A stretch of DNA of 63,141 bases, filler included, from Octopus bimaculoides (Eukaryota), in assembly GCF_001194135.2 (NCBI RefSeq). It is 6 parts of 5 records of this genome, joined end to end, with 100 filler letters (N's around TTAATTAATTAA, not from the genome) between each part and the next. Parts side by side here need not be neighbours in the genome. Positions count along the whole stretch, not along the records: positions 1 to 17,743 come from NC_069006.1; positions 17,844 to 24,322 come from NC_069009.1; 4 more parts are not named here. The stretch is one strand, 5' to 3'. Numbering within the stretch: position 1 is the first letter of the stretch; each line of letters begins with the position of its first letter. Of the stretch, positions 13,561 through 23,148 are shown piece by piece. The notes beneath the pieces are model-generated. The model made no database searches, had not been told where the DNA came from, and worked only from the letters and a program-made list of their open reading frames with translations. The position numbers and the translations under genes were made by a program.

Positions 13561-14748
13561 CACATCCCTTATACTATGTATTATACACACCCCTAATTTT
13601 AATCTGGATTTTCATGAAAAAAAACCTTTGTATCAAAGAAGGAGTTTTATAGTAAATTTTATTAGTTTTTATTCCAAGATTGTCTCCCTTACTTGACTAA
13701 ATAATTATGTCTTTCCCTCCTCATTATATTTGGAATGTCAACGAACTGAAATATTTTTGCTAATTACATTAAATGTATTACTGCCCACTTTAGAAGATTA
13801 CAGGTAGACATAGAGAGTCATATAACAGCTTTTGTTATCACATTCTACCACTAGGTGCCGCTTCACAATCATCGCAAGACCTGTGGATAGAATATTAATA
13901 TTTCTAATGTTTTTTTCTTCTTCTTCCCTAAAAATAGTCACTAAATACATTATTTCTTTATTGGTATGAACAGATAAATTCAATTATCCTTAACAAGAAA
14001 TTGAATTAGTTTAAAAAAAAAAAATTGAAAAAGCAAAAATAAAAAAAACTAGTGAAAATTTTATTTTTCTAATTATTGGCTAAGTTTGGTGGAATTTGTC
14101 TGAAATTCGTAGAAATCAATGTTAATTAGTTTAAAAGTTTGAAATAAAGAATAATTAGAAGGTAAACTGTTTTCATATCGAAGAATTTGTACCTATAAGA
14201 TGTGGACTTGTAAATATCTAATTTGTAAGTTCTGTCTTTTTAGCTGTAGGTCAACGCGGAGATCGCTTAAAACTGATGCAAAACAATTTTAAGAGGGAAG
14301 GGTGAGAAGGGGGAGGTGGAGGAGAAAGGACGTGGTGGTGGCAGCGGCAGCGGTAGAGAAAATGGAGGGATTGAATTTGAATTGTTGATAAGCGACACCG
14401 CGCTTGTGCACACATGCGCTTTTGTGCATTTTTCTCTGTGTGTGTGTGTGTGTGTGTGTGAATGCTGTAATGTGTTGGAGCATGCGTGTATGCAACCCAT
14501 TGCCACCTTCTCTTTGGGTGAGGATGGGGACTGCATTTGAGTATATCGACACATCAGTGCAAACAACTATGTGTTAGTCTGTTTGTGGTGTGTGTGTGTG
14601 TGTATGTGATTATAGTTACAGAGGCACGTGGCCTAATGTTGAGGGTGTTGCACTCATGACTGAAAGGTTGGGGTTTCGATTCCAGGACCAGGCTGTGCGC
14701 AGTGTTCTTCAACAAAATATTTCATTTTATATTGCTCAAGTTTTTATA

Positions 14749-14910
14749 GGTGTAGGAGTGGTTGTGTGGTAAAAAGCTTGCTTCCCGACCACATGGTTCT
14801 GGGTTCACTCTCACTGCATGGCACCTTGGGCAAGTGCCTTCTACTCTAGCCTTGGGCCGACCAAAACCTTGTGAGTGGATTTGGTAGAGGGAAACTGGAA
14901 GAACCCCGTT
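14749..14910 (+). mobile_element. SINE family A, 5' half, preceded by another tRNA-like SINE head at 14620..14745
   Basis: Aligns with 8371..8536 and 22983..23148. Confidence 0.8.
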
Positions 14911-14917
14911 GTGTGTG

Positions 14918-14950
<33 letters not shown>

Positions 14951-15062
14951 CAAATGATTGAAATGTGGAATAGGAGGAAAGTGTGTGTTTGTAGTGAGTA
15001 GACAGGTAAAAAATTATTGTGAGATTTTCTTCGATTTGATGTCTATTTATCTCTATACCTAC

Positions 15063-15114
<52 letters not shown>

Positions 15115-15238
15115 GTGTCTGTCTATCTACCTATCTACCTATCTGTCTATCTACCTGTCTGTCTATCTATTTATTTATCTAATGTCTAAGAGGAATTTTG
15201 CGAGCCACACTCCGTTTCTGTTCAGAAAATACACGAAA

Positions 15239-15248
15239 ATGGTTTTAG
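15239..15248 (+). CDS. ZP-domain protein, putative coding exon 1 (M-V-L + phase-1 G)
   Basis: gaaaATGG has a good Kozak context and is followed by TTAG|GTAAGA, a strong donor. The phase-1 end joins exon 2 in frame to give a clean signal peptide, MVLVSLLLAAVVATTA. The 10-nt length and an assembly gap in the intron limit certainty. Confidence 0.55.
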
Positions 15249-16348
15249 GTAAGACTAGTCAAGTTCTCGTAACTGTCCAGCTTCTTCTTCTTCTCCTTCT
15301 TCCAGTCTGTAAGATGATAAACACCCAGCATCGCCCTCAAAGAAAAACAAAAGAAAACTTTCTCTTGATGACACAGCCTTCTGGCTGAAGCCGACCGCAT
15401 TACTCTTATAAAACAAACAACACTGAAACGGTTTTCAATGAAGCTGACCTTTGACCGAGAAACAACCGAAAATGTATAATAGAATAGAATTAAAGAATTG
15501 CATTCCCCGACACCGACACCGGTCTTTTAACAGAACTTCTTCCAGACGTGCCCCCCACCCACCCCCGCTTGTCTCTGCTACTTTCATTGAAGTTTATTTC
15601 TCTTCCCATCTTCTGTCTTGTCTGTTTTTTTATTTTGTTTCCCTTTTTTATTTTCCTTTCTCTTTATCTTCCTCCACTTCTCTCTTGCTCCCTCCTCTCT
15701 CTCTCTCTCTTTATATATATATATATATATATTTATCTATCTATCTATCTATCTATCTATGTCTCTCTCTCTCCCCCTCTCTCTCTCTCTCCCGTCTCCC
15801 CCCCCCTCTCTCTCAGTCTCTGTCTGTCTGTCTGTCTCGTCCCGCTCTTCATTTGTCCTGTTTGTTATTTTAGTAACAACTTTTAGCCAAGAGCTTCTTT
15901 ATAATTCAGGAGTTTAAAATTAATTTAAAGACAACAACAATTTTTAACGATGATGATGGTGACAACAACAACAACAACAATGAAAACGAAAGTTCTGATT
16001 AGAAAAAAAAATGTTCTAGTTAATGTTTTAATTATTTAATCAAAATAGTTTTAGGGAAAAACAGTTAGAAAAACATTTATGGATTTCTTGTTGTGGTTGT
16101 TGCTGCTGCTGCTGCTATTGTCACTTATGTAAAATGACTCCAAGTTAGATTTAACCGCATAATGTTAAGTACAACCACCCCCTACACATGTACGTATGTA
16201 ATATGTATAATATGATAATAATAATAATAACAACACCACACCCATACATGCACACACAGACATATAATGTAATATATACATTTTTAAGTACATATATATT
16301 TGAATATATGTATGTGCATATGTGTGTATGTGTATATATACATACATA

Positions 16349-16528
16349 GGCGCAGGAGTGGCTGTGTGGCAAGAAGCTTGCTTCCCAATCACATGGTTCC
16401 AGGTTCAGTCCTACTACTTGGCACCCTGAGTGTCTTCTACTATAGCCTCGAGCTCACCAAAGCCTTGTGAGTGGATTTGGTAGATGGAAACTGAAAGAAT
16501 TCTGTTGTATATATATTACATATATATA

Positions 16529-16605
<77 letters not shown>

Positions 16606-16720
16606 TTTGTCTCCTCCACCATCGCTTGACAACTGATGTTGGTGTGTTTACATCCCTATAACTTAGCGGTTTGGCAAAGGTGTCTGATAGAATAAGTACT
16701 ATTTGCCTGACTAAAGGTGG
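16349..16720 (+). mobile_element. SINE family A with an expanded internal (TG)n(TA)n tract, in ZP intron 1
   Basis: Head at 16349..16505, microsatellite, then the 3' module CCATCGCTTGACAACTGATGTTGGTGTGTTTAC...GATAGAATAAGTACT. Confidence 0.85.
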
Positions 16721-17016
16721 TGCTCTCATGTGTATATGTATTTAAATGTATACATGAATGTATGTGTGTGTGTGTGTATGTGCATACATAACATGCATTT
16801 GGAAAGAGAAGAGAGAGCAATATATCATCATCACCATCACCATCATCACCACCACCATCATTTAACGTCTGTTTTCATTAAATGATGATGATGAAGATGG
16901 TGGTGGTGGTGGTGGTGATGTATATATTACACTCTCTTCTCCTTCCAAATGCATGCTATACATATATATATATACACACACACACATCCATGCATGCATA
17001 TACATACATACATACA

Positions 17017-17052
<36 letters not shown>

Positions 17053-17743
17053 TATATGCACCCCCCCCCTCTTGTGTCTATCATTTTGTTTTTGTTTTTG
17101 TTGTTGCATCTATTAATAAACAATCACACTTCTTGCTGAATCGATATGATTGCAATATTCACATATAAATACCTGTATCGATAAACTATCTCATTAGGCT
17201 CGCTGATTAATTACAATATCATCGCCATCGTCGTCGTCATAGTCGTCATCATCACCATCACCGTCATCCTCCTCCTTCTCCTCACCACCAACGCTATTAC
17301 CACCCCCACAACTCACAGCATTGCCATCGACATCAGCAGCACCACCACCATCATCATCATCATCATCATCCTCATGAAGGCAACTACTACCATCACCACC
17401 ACCACCACCACCACTACCATCATCGTCATCATCATCACCACCATCACCACCACTGTTATCATCATAATCATCATCCTCACGACAATGCTAACCACCACCT
17501 CACCCATCACCATTACCATCATCACCATCAACATCACTGTCATAATGATGACCACCACCACCACCACCACCACCACCACCACCACTACCATCACCGTCAT
17601 CATCAATTTTGTCTTTGATTCAATCACATTTCTGAAATCTTTATTCTTGTTCTGTTCTTTTTTTTTTTTTCTATCAGATTCGCAAAAAACATTCCCATTT
17701 GTATTCTTTAATTTTTTCTCTTCAATTATTTATCATAACCTCT

Positions 17744-17843
17744 NNNNNNNNNNNNNNNNNNNNNNNNNNNNNNNNNNNNNNNNNNNNTTAATTAATTAAN
17801 NNNNNNNNNNNNNNNNNNNNNNNNNNNNNNNNNNNNNNNNNNN
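17744..17843. other. Artificial 100-bp gap placeholder: N44-TTAATTAATTAA-N44 (also centred at 24367, 46445, 56876, 58795)
   Basis: An identical 12-mer flanked by N runs occurs five times. It is a palindrome with TAA in all six frames. Confidence 0.9.
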
Positions 17844-18035
17844 TATATATAACTGTACAAACTCTGCCAAATCAGATTGGAGCCTGGTGTAGCCATCTGG
17901 TTTCACCAGTCCTCAGTCAAATTGTCCAACCCATGCTAGCATGGAAAGCGGACATTAAACGATGATGATGATTCACTCACTCACCTGCTCACTCATTCAC
18001 TCACTCTCTCACTCTCTCTATCTTCCCTTTTTCAG

Positions 18036-18200
18036 TCTCCCTCCTTCTAGCAGCAGTAGTGGCCACCACTGCCAAATTCAACATGGACAACATTAATGTC
18101 AAGGTCAAATGTAACAACATGATTGCCTTGACCTCTGACCTTGATCTTTATGTTGTGGCACGGTGCCGAAATGGTGTTCATCGGTATTACCGACACAGGG
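18036..18200 (+). CDS. ZP-domain protein exon 2 (signal peptide h-region and start of ZP-N)
   Basis: Acceptor tcttcccttttttcAG (18034-35) and donor AGGG|GTAAGT (18201). Phase 1/1, open frame SLLLAAVVATTAKFNMDNINVKVKCNNMIALTSDLDLYVVARCRNGVHRYYRHR, carrying ZP-N Cys1 and Cys2. Confidence 0.8.
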
Positions 18201-18345
18201 GTAAGTAGACAGTTTCAGACATTAATACATACATACATACATTCATACAAACATACATACATACTTACATACATACATACATGCATGATCATGGCTGTCC
18301 ACTCGTGACCGAGGAAGACCATCACCGACCTTCAGGAACATAACA

Positions 18346-18766
18346 CCAACCACTCCAAGAGTGTAGTGGGTGCTTTTACGTGCCGCCAGCACGAAGGCCG
18401 GTCAGGTGAGCGGTACTGGCAACGGCCACACTCTAAATGGTGTATTTTATGTGCCACCTGCACAGGAGCCAGTTCGGCGGCACTGGCAACGATCTCGCTC
18501 GAATGTCTTGACACATGCCATCTGGCACAAGTGCCAGGAAGGCGATGCTGGGCNNNNNNNNNNACGATCTCGCTCGAATGTCTTGACACATGCCATCTGG
18601 CACAAGTGCCAGGAAGGCGATGCTGGGCACAGGTGCCATGACGATTTCGCTTTCGCTTGCCCCAACAGGTCTTCACAAGCCAAGTTCCGTGTCCGATGAA
18701 GGAGACAACGTTGGCATGGGTGCCAGTCGTCGAATTTAATTCGATTTCAATTTCACTTGCCTCAAC

Positions 18767-18770
<4 letters not shown>
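18346..18770 (-). mobile_element. Family C internal segment in ZP intron 2
   Basis: CCAACCACTCC.AGAGTGTAGTGGGTGCTTTTACGTGCC matches the distal end of 22660..22850. Confidence 0.7.
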
Positions 18771-18803
<33 letters not shown>

Positions 18804-19262
18804 TATATGATGATATCTCCACAATGTGCTGATGAGAAAAGCATGTAATCGCTACCAATATAGCAAGAGATTTCTCCCCAAAGGTCTAAAGTAGACTCCT
18901 TAAGGATCGATCTCCTTGGTTATATATCAAGTTTAAAATTTAAAAGAGAGTTTTGACGCTGATATCCATTATTATTGAAATTTATTCCTATGTCAACATT
19001 TCTGTATAAGGCTATATTTACCTGTCAAATTCAAGTCAAACATATAATTTACCTTACACATCTTCAGGGCAAAAAGTAAAGAACAAAAAGTAAACACCAA
19101 AAACATCATCTCTAAGTCTAGTTCATATATATATATATATATATATATATACCCCCAGATATACATACACCTATATGCATACACACCTACATGCACATCT
19201 ACAAATAAACTCCTACACATGTGGAGATAGGCTTCATCGGTATATTCTTTCATTTTTTTCAG

Positions 19263-19597
19263 ATGAATACCAGCTGACCATTCCGATCTGCCAGAAATCA
19301 TGTTCCCGGTACACCTGTCACATGATGCAGCGCGGCAACATCAGAGAGTACTACGTACGATTGCAGGTTAGCACGAAACAGTCGAGGATACTCCGGAAGG
19401 GATACATAGTGAGGTGCTCCTTTGCAAGGTACGGCAAGGCAAAAGCAAAGACCATTGTTTATCTGACGGGAGCCAGAAAGAATGTAACAAGGTATGTGGC
19501 GACAAGGATCGGCACGAAGAAGCGAGTCAACCTGATGATGAGGCTGAAAGACTCCCGTGGAAGAACAGTCACCAAATTGACAACAGCTAAGAAAAGG
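19263..19597 (+). CDS. ZP-domain protein exon 3 (rest of ZP-N, linker, first strand of ZP-C)
   Basis: Acceptor tattctttcatttttttcAG (19261-62) and donor AGG|GTGATT (19598). Phase 1/0, within ORF 19175..19729. (D)EYQLTIPICQKSCSRYTC...YYVRLQV...GYIVRCSF resembles the ZP-N strands with Cys3 and Cys4. Confidence 0.85.
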
Positions 19598-19669
19598 GTG
19601 ATTATGAGGCATTCATTCATTTCACTGTTGTTTTTTGTTTGCTCATTGGTTGGTTTTTTTTTTTGTATC

Positions 19670-19980
19670 TTAGTGGTTAGGGGTGTTGGACTCATAATTG
19701 TAAGATTGTGGTTTCGATTCCTGGACTAGGCAGTGAATTGTATTCTTGAGCAATGCTTTCATCTTTAAAAAGTGGAGGTGCATGGCTTAGTGGTTATGGT
19801 GTTGGACTCGTCATGGTAAGATTGTGGTTTCAATTCCTGGACTGGGCGAACCATTGTGTTCTTGAGCAAAACACTTCATTTCACGTTGCTCCAGTCTGTT
19901 CAGCTGTAGACATGAGTTCCACTAGTGGAGGCGCATCACTTAATGGTTAGGGTGTTGGATTTACGACTCTAAGATTGTAC
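19670..19980 (+). mobile_element. Three tandem tRNA-like SINE heads related to family D, in ZP intron 3
   Basis: Repeated (GTGGAGG.GCA)TGGCTTAGTGGTTA.GGTGTTGGA...AAGATTGTGGTTTCGATTCC at about 19670, 19774 and 19924. Confidence 0.7.
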
Positions 19981-20070
19981 AGTTCTATATTTAAGAGATA
20001 AGGAATTATGTACATTATTTACATTATTTACAATTGACGGATATTTGTCCTCATCTTGTTTGTTGTTAAC

Positions 20071-20168
20071 ACAACGTTTCGGCTGATATACACTCCAGCC
20101 TTATGTATTAGTATAACGCTCGGGAAGTGAAAAAGTCTTTAACATTTCGAGCCTACGCTCTTCTACAG
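20071..20168 (-). mobile_element. Two degenerate hammerhead-like motifs of a Penelope-type terminal repeat in ZP intron 3
   Basis: Minus strand: CUGUAGAA GAGC GUAG GCUC GAAA and AA GGCUG-loop-CAGCC GAAAC GUUGU. The CUGAUGA core is mutated in one and truncated in the other. Confidence 0.45.
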
Positions 20169-20492
20169 AAAGGAACAAAGAAAGAAACTAGGTGAGAAAA
20201 AAAATAATATAAATATATATATATATATATATTATTAGATATGGTATACACCTGGTAGCATACTGGTAAAGTACAGTGTTCATTAGGTATTTGATTAATG
20301 AATGAGACTGAAGATAGAAGATTCGAGAATGTTTATTAATCACTACAGTTGCTTCAAACCATTTAGCATTGATCCCTCGTGGTATATCACCATTCTTTGT
20401 TAATAATTTCTTAATGACTTCCTGAAATTCTATGTAGCATCCTAAATTACTCAAACTTCAAAACCATTTCTGTGCATTTTTCTATTCGTCAG

Positions 20493-20789
20493 GTTCGTCT
20501 TGTCAGTGAAATGAACGATTCCAACGGCACAAAGAACATCGTCATACGGAACTGCTTCGCCAAGGCCAGACGGAAACGAATTCTACTTCTGCGAAACGGC
20601 TGTGGCACGGGTAAAGTGTTCAAGACCAAGCAAGGTTTCATCAACCGAGGAAACAGGATTGAAAGCCCATTTTTTAAAATCCATCGCCATAAGGGCAAGA
20701 CCGCTGTCGATACGTTCTATTGCACTTTCAAGATATGTAAATCTCATTGCCACATCATAAACAGCTGCAAAGCCGCAAGAGGCCATTAA
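20493..20789 (+). CDS. ZP-domain protein exon 4 (ZP-C, terminal)
   Basis: Acceptor gcatttttctattcgtcAG (20491-92), phase 0, within ORF 20472..20789. IRNCFA...ILLLRNGCGTGKVF...GF...IESPFF...FYCTFKICKSHC...SC matches the ZP-C pattern of mollusc vitelline-envelope ZP proteins (recalled as ILxxGCGDGxVF...GF...SPYF...FxCNFTxC). Stop TAA at 20787-89. Confidence 0.88.
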   Translation, partial: VRLVSEMNDSNGTKNIVIRNCFAKARRKRILLLRNGCGTGKVFKTKQGFINRGNRIESPFFKIHRHKGKTAVDTFYCTFKICKSHCHIINSCKAARGH

Positions 20790-20969
20790 AATAATTAAAC
20801 TACCCCTTGTCCCCTTCATCCATGATGTCTATACCCTAATTTTCTTGTTCTTTGCTGGCTATCTTTCAATTTCTGTTGACCAAATCCACTCAGAAGGCTT
20901 TGTTCAGCCCAAGGCTATTGTGATGGCCATTGTTATTACCACTGAATTATATAAATCCATATATTGTAC

Positions 20970-20975
20970 AATAAA
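20970..20975 (+). terminator. Candidate poly(A) signal AATAAA of the ZP gene (ATTAAA variants also at 20785 and 20794)
   Basis: First canonical AATAAA downstream of the stop codon. There is no transcript evidence. Confidence 0.3.
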
Positions 20976-21180
20976 TTTATATGTGAACAAATGTATTACT
21001 TTCTCTCCCTCTATCTCTCTCCTCTTATATATATATATATGTCTGAATATATGCTTATTTATATTTGTATATTTATTTGGTTGTTTAGTAAATAAATTAT
21101 TTTATGCAATAATTCTCTTTGTTATTTTTGTTAGTCTTTTGTCTCAGCATAAAACCCCTGCCAAAGTCAACTTAGTCTTT

Positions 21181-21787
21181 CATTGCATAAAAGAAGGGAA
21201 TACAACACTTCAAAATAGTGTTTTTCTTTTGGTTGTCTTTCAATTTGTGCGGCACCATTTCTTTAGTATTTTTGCTTTTCCAATCTCTTTCAAGAGGTTG
21301 GAAATTGTTGTGTACCTTACGTCTAATTCAGAATCAAGCTCTCAAACGGTTGTGCATGGATTGGCTTCGACTAAGGCTCTTAGTTGATCATTGTCAACAT
21401 CCGATGGTCGACCACTACGCTTTTCATCTTCAAGACTCTCATCACCACTACGAAATTTCTTGAACCACCATTGTGCTGTACATTCATTAGTGGTTCCTGG
21501 GCCAAATGCATCGTTGATATCGTGAGCTGTTTCAGCAGCTTTTTGGCCTAACTTGAACTGGAATAAGAAAATTGTGCAAATTTGCTTTTTGTCCATGTCG
21601 TATTCAACGTTCCGGAAAAAATGGCTTAATTATAAAAAAAAAAAAAGAATAACATGATTAGAAAGAGTGAAAAACGGGCTTTAAAATTATATATAAAGTC
21701 AAAGTAATTTAATGAAAATTAATTTGAAAATACATCATTTAAAACCAAAATTAAAAATTCCGCAAGAACTTTCTTGACAACCTAATA
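21181..21787 (-). mobile_element. Mariner fragment, cecropia subfamily (Hsmar1-like), TIR plus HTH up to a degenerate WVPHEL region
   Basis: ORF 21342..21596 MDKKQICTIFLFQFKLGQKAAETA...QWWFKKFRSGDESLEDEKRSGRPSDVDNDQLRA. The frame continues with stops and shifts to KW.PHKL. TIR TATTAGGTTGTCAAGAAAGT ends at 21787. Confidence 0.92.
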
Positions 21788-22260
21788 ATTAGTTAATTAT
21801 CTAACCAAGTAACTAATCAATCGTTTGTTTAATGTATTGGTTAAACAATCGATCGGTTGTTTGTTTATTAGTCACAGTTCCTTCGTTATTGCTCATGACC
21901 TTTTCAGCAATTTATCTCAAGAGACACAAAACAGAGCTTGGATGCGCAGAAGAGAAGTGACTGAATCTCTGAAAAGGTTGCAAACAGTGATGGAAGAACT
22001 TTGACTAATAAACAACTGATTGATGTTTTTTTCTTCCTTTTTTAATTAACACATTAAACAACCAATCAATTGGCAGCCAAACTGAAAAGGTCTATTTAAT
22101 CAGTTAGTTGTTTAGATAATTAACTAATTAACTAACTATAAAAAGTGATATTGAATCAATATGTGTGTTTATCGTTAGTGACTTGTTAAAAAGTTAATGA
22201 ACTGTGATGAAAGAACTTTGATTCATAAACAAAAAAACAAACAAACACTCATTTAACTAA

Positions 22261-22651
22261 CACAGGAGTAGCTGTGTGGTAAGTAGCTCGCTTATGAAGC
22301 ACATGGTTCTGGGTTCAGTCCCACTGTGTGGCACCTTGGCCAAGTGTCTTCTACTATAGCCTCGGGCTGACCAAAGCCTTGTAAGTGGATTTGGTAGATG
22401 GAAACTGAAAGAAGCCCATTGTATATCTATATATATATGTGCGTGTGTGTTTTTGGGTTCGTGTTTGTCCCCCCGCCATCGCTTGACAACCGATGCTGGT
22501 GAGTTTACGTCCCCGTAACATAGCGGTTCGGCAAAAGAAACCGACAGAATAAGTAGTAGGCTTACAAAGAATAAGTCCTGGGGTCAATCTGCTCGACTAA
22601 AGGCAGTGCCCAAGCATGGCCACAGCCAAATGACTGAAACAAGTAAAAGAG
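22261..22651 (+). mobile_element. SINE family A, full-length copy
   Basis: Head, central domain, short internal microsatellite and tail ...CAAATGACTGAAACAAGTAAAAGAG. Confidence 0.9.
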
Positions 22652-22659
22652 TAACAGAG

Positions 22660-22850
22660 TATCATCATCATTTAATGTCCGCTTTCCATGCTGGTATGGG
22701 TTGAACGGTTTGACTGGGGTTTGGGAAGCCAGGAGGCTGTGCCAGGCTCCAATCTGATCTGGCAGTGTTTCTACAGCTGGATGCCTTTCCTAATGCCAAC
22801 CACTTCGAGAGTGTAGTGGGTGCTTTTTACGTGCCACCGGCATGAGGGCT
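22660..22850 (-). mobile_element. Family C 3' end, directly after a SINE A tail
   Basis: Aligns with 5760..5893 and 18346..18400. Confidence 0.75.
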
Positions 22851-22982
22851 CACAACTACAGTTTCCATTTGGTTTTGGTTTTGATGTTGATCCTTGGGTC
22901 ATAGGATGACATGCTGTAACTTAGCAGCTTGGCAAAAGGATACTGATAGAATGAGTACCAAGTTAAACAAAAATATAAGTAT

Positions 22983-23148
22983 AGGCGCAGGAGTGGCTGT
23001 GTGGTAAGTTGCTTGCTTACCAACCACATGGTTCCGGGTTCAGTCCCACTGCGTGGCACCTTGGGCAAGTGTCTTCTACTATAGCCTCGGGCTGACCAAA
23101 GCCTTGTGAGTGGATCTGGTAGACGAAACTGAAAGAAGCCCGTCGTAT
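22983..23148 (+). mobile_element. SINE family A, near-consensus 5' half running into (TA)n and an assembly gap
   Basis: GGCGCAGGAGTGGCTGTGTGGTAAG...GAAAGAAGCCCGTCGTATAT. Confidence 0.9.

Noticed and set aside
16079-16132. MDFLLWLLLLLLLLSL signal-peptide-like mini-ORF as an alternative ZP exon 1
   Set aside because: It comes from a (TTG/CTG)n tract. The only nearby GT gives phase 2, which is incompatible with the phase-1 exon 2 acceptors.
17788-17799. Recurring TTAATTAATTAA palindrome (five sites)
   Set aside because: It is always embedded in N runs totalling about 100 bp and has stops in all frames. This is an assembly spacer, not biology.
18490-18627. 63-bp direct repeat resembling a short repeat-spacer array
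   Set aside because: There are only two identical copies, abutting a 10-N gap inside a retroelement. It is most likely a contig-overlap artefact. There is no CRISPR context and the DNA is eukaryotic.
17852-18770. Two family C pieces flanking ZP exon 2 in opposite orientations, suggesting an inversion or circularisation signal
   Set aside because: They cover non-overlapping parts of the consensus, so they cannot base-pair. An inversion would also have flipped the exon. Independent insertions are simpler.
19670-19980. Possible tRNA gene cluster
   Set aside because: A and B boxes are present but there is no complete cloverleaf, and the sequence continues into SINE body, so these are SINE heads.
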